Shown one piece after another: positions 37,562 through 49,525 of a DNA stretch of 64,000 bases. The translations under genes and the position numbers were made by a program. This DNA is from a virus. The stretch covers positions 29,512 through 93,511 of the IMG/VR virus record IMGVR_UViG_3300035698_007281; one strand, given 5' to 3'. The stretch's first letter is position 1, and each line of letters begins with the position of its first letter. A model generated the notes under the pieces. That model was not told the origin of the DNA. It worked only from the letters and a program-made list of their open reading frames with translations, and did no database searches.

Positions 37562-37727
37562 CCATCCTGGATTACGTCGCTGTGTTCCTCTTAACCATGA
37601 TCGTCCAATTCGAGGCCCTGGTGATCTACCTCTTGGTCCGAAGGTCGAGGGCCGTGTTTCTCGATCTACTGGCCATCCTACTCCTGTCCTCCCTGGGGCA
37701 ACGCTTAACGAGAGGGCGGAAGACCAA

Positions 37728-38348
37728 ATGGTTCTGATCGGATCATACCAATTCGACGACTCGGGCTTCAAGGCCCTGAAGAGGCCTCCTGTCGCTATCG
37801 ACGGAGGGGCCAACCACGGGGAGTTCTCAGTCAACTGGATGAGGCACGGGGGCCGGGTTGTTGGGGTCGAACCTACAGAGGCCCTGTGTCAAGAGATCGG
37901 GGCCAAGTCCCAAGGCCTTGACGGGGTGTTCCTGGGCGCGGCCCTGGGTGCGCGGGAGGGTGTGCGAGATTTCTACGTCTGGGACGATGATCAAATGTCC
38001 TCTCTATTCGACAAGACCGGAATCAAACACGATGGCCGGGAGGTCGTCCCCCCACCCACACAGGTCGTACAAGTCCCGGTCATCACCTTGGAGATGATCA
38101 TCTTCACTGAACTCGGAGGGGTTCCTCCGGATGTCCTGAAGCTGGACGTGGAGGGGGCCGAGTTCGAGATCCTCCTGGAGAGTGACCTCTACGGGATAAA
38201 TCAGATCGCCGTGGAGTTTCACCGGGAGTGTGATCCCGGTGATCGTTATACTATGACACAGGAGCGATTGGCCGACGAGTTCGACACCATCGCCTTCCGA
38301 GAATCCGCCGATGGCCATCATGTGGTGGCCACCTACCTGAGGAGATGA
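37728..38348 (+). CDS. FkbM family methyltransferase
   Basis: IDGGANHGEFS, VGVEP, LKLDVEGAEFEIL, IAVEFH. Confidence 0.85.
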   Translation: MVLIGSYQFDDSGFKALKRPPVAIDGGANHGEFSVNWMRHGGRVVGVEPTEALCQEIGAKSQGLDGVFLGAALGAREGVRDFYVWDDDQMSSLFDKTGIKHDGREVVPPPTQVVQVPVITLEMIIFTELGGVPPDVLKLDVEGAEFEILLESDLYGINQIAVEFHRECDPGDRYTMTQERLADEFDTIAFRESADGHHVVATYLRR

Positions 38349-38352
38349 ACAG

Positions 38353-41300
38353 ATGATCGAACCGACCAAGGAAATGATCCAAGCCGTCGCTGACCGGTGT
38401 GTGGATCTCGAAGCCCAACTCGAAGCCGAGAAGAAGAGATCCACCAAGTTTCACCGCCGCGCCCAGGCCGCTGAGGCTGCCATGAAGACCGGGCGATTGG
38501 AGGGGTACTGGTGTCGCAAGTACGACGAGATGCAGAAGGAACAGTGGGCGGCCCAACGCCGGGAGTTGTTGGAGACCCAGATGGATCGTGAGTGGGCCAG
38601 AACGGCCCAGAGACACGGGGAGCGGGTCAAACGGGCCGAGGAGGTCCTGGAAGCCAACGATACCTTGATTGCCCCCCTGAGGGCCTTCCTACGGGGTGAG
38701 GGGATCCATGACGGGGAACTTACCTCCACGGCCCTGTCCTTCGGTTCCCTGGGTGACGCCGCCGGTTGGAGTGTTGGGGAAACCGCCATCTCGATGATCC
38801 AGTCTCTGTGGGCCATCCGCGACAAGAGGTCTTCCGACGAAGTTGAAGCCGACGAAGCCGAACGTAGGGGACTGTGATGACGACTGATCGCCAAGGCCCA
38901 CACACCTCGGAGACGCCTGACATCTCCACAGAGGCCGCCGCCTGTCGTCTCGAATCCCAGGCCGTCCTGGCCCAGTTGAGGGGTGAGGGGTGGCATTGCC
39001 GGGCCTGGAATGCCGGTGGGTGGCACTGGGTCTTGGAGAGGGAGTTCCGGTTGGACCGGAGAACGTCCCTCCACCTGTCCGTGCATCGAAGCGGGGAGAG
39101 GGTTGAGGCCCGGTACTATGCCCTCCTCGGCTACAAGGCGGGGACCGGGGAGATGAACTGGTCCAGTGGTATGACCTACACCGACCCTCAGAAGGCCGTG
39201 GACTCTCTGTTGAACTTTGCCCTGGTTGCGGTTCGACGGGATCTCCGTAATGTCGAGGCCGTGTCCGAAGCTATGAAAGGAGATCGTTAGTGTCTTACGA
39301 CGAGGAACCCCGAAAGAGGAAAGCCTGGGCCGATCAAGTCATCCAGGAAGCCGAGGCCGACACCCACTACACCTGTCGGTTCTGTGGTAGCCGACACCCT
39401 ACCGGTCTGACATGCCAACAAGCCGTCCTGAAATTGGTCACCCAGATGGAGGCCGTCAAAGGCATCAACCGGACCCTGTCCGCCACTGTCAAGGTGTTGA
39501 CCGGCCGACTCACCGAAACCACCCGCCTGTTGGTGGAAGCGCAGAGACTACTCGAAGCGGAGGTCGATGATGACGGTGTTGAAGGAGGGGGTGTTTGTGA
39601 CCAGGGCTGATGAACTTCCGAAAGGGTACATTTGCGGGAACTGCGGGGCGTTCAACCGATTCTCTTCTTACGTCTACGCCCACTGGAGAGATCCTCTAAT
39701 CCACATCTGTGAGTGTGAGGCCAAGAGTGAGATCCTCCTGGGGAAGGTGACCAAGGAGGCTGCCGATGAGTAATTTTTGCGGGACGTACACGGTCAGGAC
39801 TCGGAAGCCCCACAAGTGTTGGGGGTGTGGTGGGGTGTTCCCGAAAGGCCAGGACATGCTAGTGGCCACCGGCATGTTTGAAGATCAGTTTTTCCGGTCC
39901 TACTATTGCCCGGTGTGTGAGAAGACTCTCGACGCCGTTCTTAAGGAGGATTGCTACGCCGGAGAAGACGGTTGGGGACTCGGAGATCTGCGCTACAACT
40001 ACCCGATCCTGTGGGGGTTGTTCTACGAGAAGTCCCTTCTCGTGGTGGCATCATGAAGGGTTATCTCTACATGAACCCGGTCAACCTCACCGTCTGTGTG
40101 GGGCAAGGACTGGCTGGGCCGGTGAATGTTCCGGTGGCCATGGATCAGGAAGTTCTGGCGGTTCTGTGTGTGTACCGGACCAAGAAGGCGGCCCGGAAGG
40201 TCCATGGCCGGAAGGCCGAATTGATGGAAGTTCAGATTCCCGAGGGGAACCTAAAGGGTTGACGTTATACTGAACCGAAGGAGATTACAATGATTGTTTT
40301 TTATTGCCCGAAGTGCGGATCGCCCCGGAAGGCCGGACAACCCAGTCAAGTTTTTGAGTGTGAGTCCTACCTCCAGGGCGGCAAGTTCTACCAGACCCAC
40401 ATCTGTCTGGTGGCCGAACATGCGGTCGCCATGTGCGCCGGGCGGGTGAAGTACAACGCCATGAAGGAGGCCTTCCTGGAGGTCATCAAGCTACAGAACG
40501 GGGTCGTCAATGGTTTGTTGCGGGTGGCCGACTCCGGGTGTCCGAGTTGTTCCGGGGACGCCATGGCCCTCTCCGTCTGGAACACGTTCCGGATGTGTGA
40601 GGTGGCCGAGGCCTTGAAGGAGAAAATGGGCGTCTACTATCCCGATCTTTTGGAGATGCCCGATCTTTGGGGCGCGGATCCTCCCGCCACTGATTACGAG
40701 GGGGCCATGCCCGAAGATCCCCCGGAGGAGGTCCTGGGATGAACCAATGCCTTGTCCCCATGATCCTCCGCATCCTGATCATCATCAACTTGGTTTTGCT
40801 CGGTGTTTTGTTGGTCATGGTCATGCTTGGGTGTGCGCCCCTGGGGGACGAGCCGACCATCCCCTGGTCAACCAACCCCGACTGGTTGTCCTCCAGGACG
40901 ACTGATGATATGATCGAGGAGATCCAGACCAAGGCCTACTTCATCCGGGCCGAGTGGCATGAGGGGGCCGGGTGGCGGTTGTGGACCAAGTCCGACCAGG
41001 GAGGGATCTCTTCCGAGACCACCTGGATCGATGGGCGGGGAACCCTCCAGGACGCCCTGAGAGATACGATTAACGTGATACCGACTGGAGACCCACAATG
41101 AAGACGATCATTCAACTGACGTTGTTCCTGGTTGCCCTGGGGGGTGTTGGGTGGGGTTTCTATCACTTCGGTGGGTGGCAAGGTCTCGTGACGTGCGCCG
41201 CCATCTTTTCCCTGGTTGTGACCTTCCCCCGGTTTGACAGGGCCGAGGATCGGGTCGAGTGGTTTTGTTCGGAGTGTGAGACCGCCTGGGCCGCCGTGGG

Positions 41301-43503
41301 TGATACCGGTGTATGCCCGGCGTGTGGGTGGGAGATGTCTTACATCACCTCGGTGGGCAAGGGATACCCGGCCACGAAGGAGGCCGACATTGTTTGAGCG
41401 ACTCGCTCGGTTATTCTCGAAGGTCAAAACGTCCCCCGTGCCCCCGCCCCCGCCTGGGGCCGTGCCCGTCCTCGACACCGACCAGGACTACGAGGCCCTA
41501 AACCTCTCAGATATCCGCCGGGCCAAGCGAAGCAAGAAGGACCGGAAGCTGGTGTTGGCCCAGTTGGTGGATGTCTATGATTACTTCGCCTCTGGCCTGG
41601 GTGGTGGCCCTGTTCGCCGCGCTTTCGACGCGATGATGAAGCGGCCCGACCAGCGCCGTGGGTGGGAGGCCTGGATCCTCGACCGCCTGATGACGGACAT
41701 GATCGAGGGCTTTAAGGTTGTGACGACCTATCGGGAGGCTGATGAGTGGATCAAGAGGGCCGGTTACAGACGTTACGAACACACCGGGTCGAAGGTCTAC
41801 GCCCCCATCTTCGGGTCGTTGGCCGACATCGGGAAGGATCTCCCTGACGTGTCCACCTGTCGGTGCTACCAGCGCCGGTGTTTGTGGTTCCGTGGGATCT
41901 CCCACGTTTACACTGGCCGAGGGAAGTGGATCTGTGAGGGGTTCATCCAAGGCATCCCTGAGGAGATCGCCCTGGGCAAGAACGAACACAAGGAACAGGT
42001 CAAAGGTGACCGGGGGTTCAAGTTCACCCCGCTGGTTCCGTAACCGAGGAGATCAACATGAGAATCAAGTCCCCTGAGTTGGAGTTGGGTTACAACAACG
42101 GCAGGAATTACAATTCGAGGTCTGAGGTGGTGTGGTTCTGTTGTCCTGTCATGATGAGATTGTGTCCCTCGTTGTGGGGTTTCTACAAACCGATCAAGGT
42201 CCACGTCTCCTCCCATTATACCCGGAAGGCCCACAAGATCCAGGTCAGGTTCAGGGGGAGGTTTAACTACGAGGGCTGTTGTCCGAAGCGTGTTTGGACC
42301 TGTGATTTCCGCCGCCATGGGACCAAGAACTTCCACTGTATTGAAGATGCCCCGATGCAACGGCTGGCCAAGGCCGCCCGGATCGATGGTTGGTTGCCTC
42401 CGGAGATCGGTATCGGTAGGCCTCCCATCTTCAAGACCCTCTACGTTTGGGTCACTGACGAGACCGGCCGGACCCTGACGCCGAAAACAAAGGCTTTACC
42501 ATGACAGTTCCGTTACACTTCCCTTTGAGGGATCCTTACCCACCCCCCACCATAACCATCAAGACCCAGGGTGTGCCGTTGGGGAAGTTGTTGGAACTGG
42601 TTGGTGTTCTCGTGGTGGATCCGGTGAATAGGAAGGCGTTCATGGTTGTCAAGGTAACGGGCCAGATGTCCTCGTTTCGTCAGGCCGTAATAATCGCCCA
42701 GGTTTTTCCCTACGAGACCGTAGGGGATGAACGTTATAATGTGATATCAATCGAAACCTTTAAGGAGATCTTACAATGAACTTCCCCAAGAACTACCCCG
42801 TAATCCTGACTCGCAATGGCAAGCGCCGCCCCGGTGACAATGCTCGTCCGGTTCACGTCCCGAGGAAGTTGAAGGCCTCGCCGTTCTTCGGGTACAACCG
42901 GCGGATGTCGGCCGCCTCCATGATCAAGCCCCCGTCGTATTTCAAGGGATACGTGTCCTACATCGCCGCCTGGAACAAGGCCAAAAAACGCCGGGTCAAG
43001 TGGCCCACCCAGGCCTTCGAGAATTGACGGCCCTCCAGGCCTGAAAGGAACCTCCAAGATGAACTACGATCAGATCCTCATTGAGATGTTGGCCGGGTTG
43101 ATGAAGGTCTCTCCGTCAAAGATCCCACGGGATCTTTTTGACTTCGTTCTCCGGGTCAACGAGAGGTTGAAAGACGGCCCCCGGTTTTACAGCGACGAGG
43201 AACCCCGCCTCCGGTCCCGGCAGATCTTGGCCCTGGCCATCGAGTTGTGGGAGACGTTGTCTCCGGGGGCCTGGACCTCAAGGTCGGAGGTTCCTGGGCC
43301 GAAGTAGTTGGTAGGTGATTCGTTTGTGGACGGTTCCCCCACTACCTCCGCGTGATGTTGATGATATCGAAGAGGTCGCCAGGATGTACGTCCAGGAGGC
43401 CCTTTGTGTCTGCGCTGTGAGAGTCTGGGTTCTCGACCTAGTAACGGAGACGACAAAGGCCGATGTGCGAGACCTGTTGTTCGACAACCTCGACGGTCCA
43501 TAA
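38353..43503 (+). other. run of ~14 small co-directional hypothetical genes (several Cys-rich zinc ribbons and membrane proteins)
   Basis: Tightly coupled ORFs, e.g. 38353-38877, 38874-39290, 39290-39610, 39766-40056, 40290-40742, 40739-41101, 41098-41397, 42058-42504. Confidence 0.6.
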
Positions 43504-46500
43504 GGCGGAAGACCTGGATGAGGTCTCCCCGTCCCAGGGTAAGTTCCTCCGGATCTACCGCCGGAGTATCATGGGGATGTACCGCGCCGTCCGAGACCAC
43601 CTCCAGGGCCTGAGGAAGGCCGTCCTCTACGGAGTCGAGACCCAGGTGGTTCGACGCCTAGTCCCCGACATCTCTCAGATCTCCAACCCCCTCATTGACT
43701 TCATCCCACAGACCGGCCTCGACAAGGCCCTCTACGATCTCCGGTTCCCCGAGACCGTGGTCCCTGTCGGGAAGGCGGTCGCCTGGAATGGGTGGGACAA
43801 GGTCAAGAACACCATCGTGGATTGGAACGACATCAACGTGGCTGGGGATCGCCGGATCGGCCGACACACCATGAAGATCTACGGGGAGTCGATGGGGGTG
43901 GCCGGACAGATCGCCCGGATCGCTACACCCTTCGACGTGGTCAACGAGAACGCCGTCAAGTACGCGGCCGTGAGTACCAATCACCTCGTGACGGTGATCT
44001 CCGACGAGACCAAGGCAACCCTCCGGAAGATCATCGAGTCGGGGGTCCAGAATGGGGACAGCGCCTACACCATCGGCCGGAACATCCGACCATACGTCGG
44101 GCTGAACCGACAACAATCGGAGTGGTTGAACTCCTACCTCGCCAAACTGGGGAAGGCCAACGTCCGGGGTCAGGTCCTGGTCAAGAAGGTGGACAAGTGG
44201 GTGGCCAAACAGATCAGGTACAGGGCCGAGATGATCGCCCGGACCGAGACCGCCAGGGCCATGTCGGAGGGAACTATCCGGGGGTACAAGGAGGGCGGGC
44301 TGAAGAAGATCCAGTTCGAGGCAAGTGGGGACGCCTGTATCGAGTGTTTTTACCTGGATGGAAATGTCTACACCCTCAGTGGAGGGTCGGGGCTGATCCC
44401 GGTCCACCCGAATTGCCGGTGTACTTGGTTGCCCCTCTACGAGGAGATCTCTGGAGAGGTCGCGGAGCCGGTGAAGCCGAAGCCCAGGTTGGGTCCGAAG
44501 CCGAAGACCCCCGCCGGTGGAATCCCGAAGCCTCTTCCCCGGACCTCGAAACCCGCCAAGGTTCCGATGGGTGGCCTCGCTGATGATGTGGTTGAACTGG
44601 TGGATGACCTCGCCTACCAGATGGAAGGCGGTCGGGTCATCCCCCCTGTGAACGCCCCACCGGCGGCGGCCGATTATAAAGCCTACGCCGACAAACGCTG
44701 GGCCGACTACAAGAAGGTGGGAGGGGACTACCCGGCCAGCATGAGCGCCAAGGATGTGAAGGCCCTCAAGGAACTTTACGCCTTGGAGGCCAGGGAGGGT
44801 TTGGCCGATGGGTTCGACGACTATCTGATTCACCGCCGAAAGGTCCAACGGGGATGGGCCAAGAAGAACGGCGGGAAGTTGGTTCCGTATGAGGGGCCGC
44901 CCGTTATAGGGACACCCCCGGTGGCGGTGAAGCCCACGGTGACGCCGAAGCCGAAGCCTCCCAAACCGGCGGCCCCCAAGAAGCCGAAGTTGTTGGATTT
45001 GGACGACCCGCCGTCCTTCGATGAGTTCAAGTCCTACGCCGACCACAGGTGGGACGAGTTCAAGGCGTCCGAGTGGTACAAGAAGGAGGAGTGGTCGGCC
45101 AAGAGTATCAAGGACTACAAGGACGATCTCGCCAACGTGGCCAACAAGACCTGGACCAAGTACGGGAAGGACGGGGTCAAGGAATTTGCGTCGGGGCCGG
45201 TCAAACCCAACGCGAGGTTCACCGAGTGGTTGGAGACTCGCCGCAAGGCCCAACATGCGCGGGCGGGTGCGAAGGTCCCGACCCCGAAGCCGAAGCCGGT
45301 GGCCCCGAAGCCGAAGCCGGTTCCCGAACCGAAGATTGTTCTTCCCAAGACGCCGGACCTCCCCACGGCCCCGCCTGTCCGCGCCCCCACGGGGCCGCCT
45401 AAGTTCGCCGAGATGCAACCCGAGGACATCGGGAAGCGTTTGGTCTACGAGAAGGATCTGGGCGGGAGTACCGGCGCGAGGTTGTACAAGGACGTGGAGA
45501 CTGGGGAACGGTGGGTGGTGAAACATGGCGCATCAGAAGCCCACGCCCGGAATGAATTACTGTCCAACAAATTGTACGACTTGGTGGGGGTCAACGCTCC
45601 GGAGTCCCACGCCGCCCTGGTGGACGATCAGTTCGCCATTGTGACCCGGTGGGTCGATGGTAAGGAGATGAGGACCCTGGCCAACCTGGGCAAGGCGGGG
45701 CGGAAACGGATGCAGCAAGGCTTTGCCTCGGACAGTTGGTTGGCCAACTGGGATGTCCTGGGGGCCAGTGGGGACAACATCATCATCGCAAGGGGGAACG
45801 TCCCCTGGCGGATTGACAACGGCGGGGCGTTACTGCGCAGGGCCAGGGGAGAGGCGAAGAGGTTGACCGGGACGGTTGGTGAGTTGACCTCGTTGAAGGA
45901 TCCGGCGAGGAATCGGATGGCGGCTGAGTTGTTCGGAGATCTCTCGGCGGATGACGTGTACAAACAGGCCCTGAAACTACGCCGGGCCGCGACGGACCGG
46001 GATCTCGCCAGGGCCGTGGATAGGGTCTATCGTGGTTCGACGATGCCCTTGAAGGAACAAAGGGAACTCATCCAGTTGTTGAAGGATCGCCGGGATGACT
46101 TGTTCGACAAGGCAAGGGCGGCAAGGGCGGCCGCCCGCAATGCGGCGAATCCCGTTCCGCTGAAGCCCCAGGAACTCCGTTTTGTGACGGAGCGGAGCCG
46201 GAACATGCCCCCTTCTGTGGAACGATGGAAGCCGAAGAAACTTGGCCCGATTGATAGCCGAGTTCCGGACATGCCAGCAAGGTGGGCCGATGACGTGGCC
46301 TCACAGTTCAAAGAACCCGCCAATAGGGTCGGGGCGTCGATTGAGCAATTGACGAAAGAACTTAAAATGTCGGAGAAGGAGGTAATGGAACACCTCCAAC
46401 AAATGGTTGAGCAACAAATGAAAAAATCGAAGGCTTTTATTCGAGCGCCTATCACAACGAGGCGGGGGACTCCCGGATTTAATCCGGCGGAAGCTATTTT

Positions 46501-47095
46501 GAAAGATGGCCGGTTCAAGACCCAGTTTGAGACCGGAACCAGCAGCGGCGCTTTGGATAATACCTTCAGAAAGAGGTTCGAGCGTGATGGGTTTGGGGTG
46601 CGTAATAGTACGCCTCTCCCGGAGCGGCCGATCTATGGTTACCTCTCGGACGGCCCCGGTGATGCCTTGGATGGGGCAGCGGGAATGGATCACTACGGTC
46701 AGGTGGCCTTCCGGTTGAAGGACAAGGTGAAGACTAGGGCCACATGGACTGGGGCCGATAGCCTGGGGAATGATGCGTTTGTGGCGTCCCCGGTCAACCA
46801 ACCTTCGGTGTATTCTCTTTCACCCAATCGGATGCCGAAGACGTTGGCGACGGATGGGGGGTTTCAACCGATGGCGGACCCGAAGATCTTCACGGACATG
46901 ACCTCGAAACACATGGGGTCCGGAACGTCCTACGTTGAAGCGCAGTATCACGGGGGCCTTGGTGTTGACGACATCGAGGCCGTGGTGTTGCGTATTCGAG
47001 ACAAAACTGAACCCGCCATCCAGGCGGTGGTAAGGGAAGCTGAGAAACGTAATATCCCCATCGAGTGGATCGAGTACACCGGGAAATATTATTGA
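43463..47095 (+). CDS. MuF/SPP1 gp7-like minor head protein fused to a kinase-like domain and a DUF3626-like domain
   Basis: RAEMIARTETARA, IPVHPNCRC; LGGSTGA..VVK..NELL..LANWD..DNI..RIDNGG; FKTQFETGTS..RPIYG..YVEAQYHG. Confidence 0.8.
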   Translation: MCETCCSTTSTVHKAEDLDEVSPSQGKFLRIYRRSIMGMYRAVRDHLQGLRKAVLYGVETQVVRRLVPDISQISNPLIDFIPQTGLDKALYDLRFPETVVPVGKAVAWNGWDKVKNTIVDWNDINVAGDRRIGRHTMKIYGESMGVAGQIARIATPFDVVNENAVKYAAVSTNHLVTVISDETKATLRKIIESGVQNGDSAYTIGRNIRPYVGLNRQQSEWLNSYLAKLGKANVRGQVLVKKVDKWVAKQIRYRAEMIARTETARAMSEGTIRGYKEGGLKKIQFEASGDACIECFYLDGNVYTLSGGSGLIPVHPNCRCTWLPLYEEISGEVAEPVKPKPRLGPKPKTPAGGIPKPLPRTSKPAKVPMGGLADDVVELVDDLAYQMEGGRVIPPVNAPPAAADYKAYADKRWADYKKVGGDYPASMSAKDVKALKELYALEAREGLADGFDDYLIHRRKVQRGWAKKNGGKLVPYEGPPVIGTPPVAVKPTVTPKPKPPKPAAPKKPKLLDLDDPPSFDEFKSYADHRWDEFKASEWYKKEEWSAKSIKDYKDDLANVANKTWTKYGKDGVKEFASGPVKPNARFTEWLETRRKAQHARAGAKVPTPKPKPVAPKPKPVPEPKIVLPKTPDLPTAPPVRAPTGPPKFAEMQPEDIGKRLVYEKDLGGSTGARLYKDVETGERWVVKHGASEAHARNELLSNKLYDLVGVNAPESHAALVDDQFAIVTRWVDGKEMRTLANLGKAGRKRMQQGFASDSWLANWDVLGASGDNIIIARGNVPWRIDNGGALLRRARGEAKRLTGTVGELTSLKDPARNRMAAELFGDLSADDVYKQALKLRRAATDRDLARAVDRVYRGSTMPLKEQRELIQLLKDRRDDLFDKARAARAAARNAANPVPLKPQELRFVTERSRNMPPSVERWKPKKLGPIDSRVPDMPARWADDVASQFKEPANRVGASIEQLTKELKMSEKEVMEHLQQMVEQQMKKSKAFIRAPITTRRGTPGFNPAEAILKDGRFKTQFETGTSSGALDNTFRKRFERDGFGVRNSTPLPERPIYGYLSDGPGDALDGAAGMDHYGQVAFRLKDKVKTRATWTGADSLGNDAFVASPVNQPSVYSLSPNRMPKTLATDGGFQPMADPKIFTDMTSKHMGSGTSYVEAQYHGGLGVDDIEAVVLRIRDKTEPAIQAVVREAEKRNIPIEWIEYTGKYY

Positions 47096-47532
47096 TGAGA
47101 AAAATTGAAAACTATATGGACGTGGAGTCTCTCGAACTGGTGGCCAGCCTGGGCCTGAGATACTACCTCGTTGTGGACAAGGACGCCTCCAGCAAGGACG
47201 AGGGTGTTTGGTCTACGGCCCTGGGGGTGATGGTGGATGTTGACGATGAGGTTAAGTGGCCCCCTCAGACGATAGGGTCCATCTTGAAGTGGTCCTCCGA
47301 GTGGGTGGACTATCCGGACCATCCTGAGATGAGAGAGAAACTCTTGGCGTTCCCCTGGATCGCCGAAGATCCCCCCGTTCGAGTCAAGTGGGATGAACTG
47401 GACAGGCAGTTCGCTGGAAGAAAAACAAAAGGGGTAATTAAGAACCTTATGTCCGGGGTGGTTGCTATAATGAGGGACAGCGTGAAGCCCAACCAGCAAG
47501 GAGAGACCGATGACACCGAGTCAGTTGATTGA
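47095..47532 (+). CDS. hypothetical protein, candidate immunity partner
   Basis: TGATG coupling directly after the MuF fusion. Confidence 0.45.
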   Translation: MRKIENYMDVESLELVASLGLRYYLVVDKDASSKDEGVWSTALGVMVDVDDEVKWPPQTIGSILKWSSEWVDYPDHPEMREKLLAFPWIAEDPPVRVKWDELDRQFAGRKTKGVIKNLMSGVVAIMRDSVKPNQQGETDDTESVD

Positions 47533-47941
47533 GTTCCGAGACAAGTTGGAGGCCGCCGGGCGGAAGATCATGGTGGCGAAAAATCATGACTATTGTGGCG
47601 GGGACGATGCTACCACGGATCCCTTCAAGAATTTTCGGATGGTCGAACAGTTGGGGATCTGTAGCGTCGAGACCGGCCTCCTGGTCAGGATGTGTGACAA
47701 GTTCTCCCGGCTGATCCATCTGGTCCAGGGAGTGGAGGCCAAGGTCAAGGACGAGTCCCGGCGGGACACCGCCCTGGACTTCGTGAACTACCTGATCCTC
47801 CTGGAGGCTTTCATCGAAGCCGGGGGCGATCCGGAGATGGCCATCGATATAATGGCGGCCGACAAGAGACGGGCGGATGAACGCCGGGCCAACTTCCCCC
47901 CCATCAGTCAAGATGAGCCAATTGGGGAGGTAGGAGAATGA
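47510..47941 (+). CDS. DUF1599-like nucleotide-modification-associated protein
   Basis: KNHDY..PFKNF..GLLVRMCDKFSRL..DESRRDTALDFVNY. Confidence 0.7.
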   Translation: MTPSQLIEFRDKLEAAGRKIMVAKNHDYCGGDDATTDPFKNFRMVEQLGICSVETGLLVRMCDKFSRLIHLVQGVEAKVKDESRRDTALDFVNYLILLEAFIEAGGDPEMAIDIMAADKRRADERRANFPPISQDEPIGEVGE

Positions 47942-48396
47942 CCGTACCCCTCGTGTATCTGGCCGGAACGATCACCCAAGATCCTAAACACTTCCGGTGG
48001 CGGGAACAGGTCGCTGACGCCCTGGCCCTGGATGAGATCGGAACCCTCAATCCTACTCGGGGCCAGAAACCCTCGGATTGGAGATCCGACGGCCTCGATT
48101 CTACCCAGTCCACCCCCTACGATGATGGCGGGTTTGTGACCAGAGATCTTCGGGACATCGACCGGTGTGATGCCGTTCTTCTATCGTTTGCGGAAGCCCC
48201 GGATCGCCAGTCCATCGGAACGTGGTTCGAGTTTGGATACGCCGTCAAGGCCGGGAAGCCGGTCATTGTCGTGTCCACACTCCCCGAGGTCGTCCAACAT
48301 CCGTTCATCTACAAACAGGCGGACCGGATTGTGGCCACCTTTGGAATGGCCCAGGAGTACCTCCAGTTCTTGTTCCAACCCGGCGCGGGTGAGTGA
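47938..48396 (+). CDS. nucleoside 2-deoxyribosyltransferase-like protein
   Basis: VYLAGTI, RDLRDIDRCD, SIGTWFEFGYA. Confidence 0.75.
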   Translation: MTVPLVYLAGTITQDPKHFRWREQVADALALDEIGTLNPTRGQKPSDWRSDGLDSTQSTPYDDGGFVTRDLRDIDRCDAVLLSFAEAPDRQSIGTWFEFGYAVKAGKPVIVVSTLPEVVQHPFIYKQADRIVATFGMAQEYLQFLFQPGAGE

Positions 48397-48397
48397 C

Positions 48398-48889
48398 ATG
48401 GGTATCGCCAAGAAGAAAGTCTATCTGGCCGGGCCGATCACCGGGGACTACCGGGACGCCGAGTGGCGGAACTTCGTGGCCTCCGGCCTTCGGCGGCATC
48501 TCGTTGAGGCAATCAACCCCCTCGACGGATCGAAGGTGGAACAGTACCGGGAGGACGGGATGAAGTGGATCCGAAAGACCCGGAGAGATCTTACCGGTGT
48601 GGAGGAGGCCCTCCCCTTGTCCTGGGCCGCCCGTGACTTCGACAATATCAAGGAGTGTGATCTTCTCTTTGTCGGGTTCCCATATGTACCGGAGCGCCAA
48701 GCCATCGGGACGTTGATGGAGATGGGGATGGCCGTGGCGTTGCGGATCCCGGTTGTCCTCGTGTGTGCGTGCCCGTTGTTCACCGAACACCTATTTGTCC
48801 GGGGGTTCGTCGAACAATCTGTCGATCATATGGACCTGGGTATTGACCGGGCCATCGCTATCTTACAACGTCAGGTCAGACAGGCCTGA
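48398..48889 (+). CDS. nucleoside 2-deoxyribosyltransferase-like protein (tandem paralog)
   Basis: VYLAGPI, RDFDNIKECD, IGTLMEMGMA. Confidence 0.75.
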   Translation: MGIAKKKVYLAGPITGDYRDAEWRNFVASGLRRHLVEAINPLDGSKVEQYREDGMKWIRKTRRDLTGVEEALPLSWAARDFDNIKECDLLFVGFPYVPERQAIGTLMEMGMAVALRIPVVLVCACPLFTEHLFVRGFVEQSVDHMDLGIDRAIAILQRQVRQA

Positions 48890-49137
48890 TGTTCTTAATG
48901 ACCATCGCCATCCTGGCCAATGTGACTTCTTGTGTCGCCGCCTACCTTGTCACTCGAAGAATCTGGTGGGGTCCGATTTTTGGGACCGCCGCACAAAGTT
49001 TTTGGTTTGTGTACGCCTGGGCGCTTGGAGCGCCTGGGTGGCCGTTGTTCATCCCGGCCGTATGGTTCGGGTATTGCTACGCTTCCTCCATCCGGCCTTG
49101 GGTGAGGGAACACCACCAACTGAAGAAGGAGACTTGA
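48889..49137 (+). CDS. small membrane protein
   Basis: Three hydrophobic segments. Confidence 0.5.
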   Translation: MFLMTIAILANVTSCVAAYLVTRRIWWGPIFGTAAQSFWFVYAWALGAPGWPLFIPAVWFGYCYASSIRPWVREHHQLKKET

Positions 49138-49525
49138 CCATGACCATTTGTACAGCGACGAGAGTAGGGTACGATGCCTACACCGGATGGAGTAGACGAG
49201 GGCGCTAGGGTTGCGTTCTGTCGTTCAGTCGGCCAGTTGATTGTGTCCAGGATGCGGTTTACCTACGGTGAAAGGGTGGCCCCGTTCCTGGATGATATAC
49301 GTGGGGAGTCTGTCCTGCTGGCCGTTCAGGTCAGTCAGGACTTTCCGTCGTTGGTGGGACACCATTGTCCCCCGGAGACTCTGGAGGAGATCGAGGCGGG
49401 AGTCGTTGCCCATCTCACCTACCAGGGAATCCTGGGCGAAACAATAACTGAGATACTGTCTGGAGAGGCCCTGGAGGCGCGGTGTGCGCCCGTCGAGGGC
49501 TTCTCTTCATTGGAGGAATCAAACG

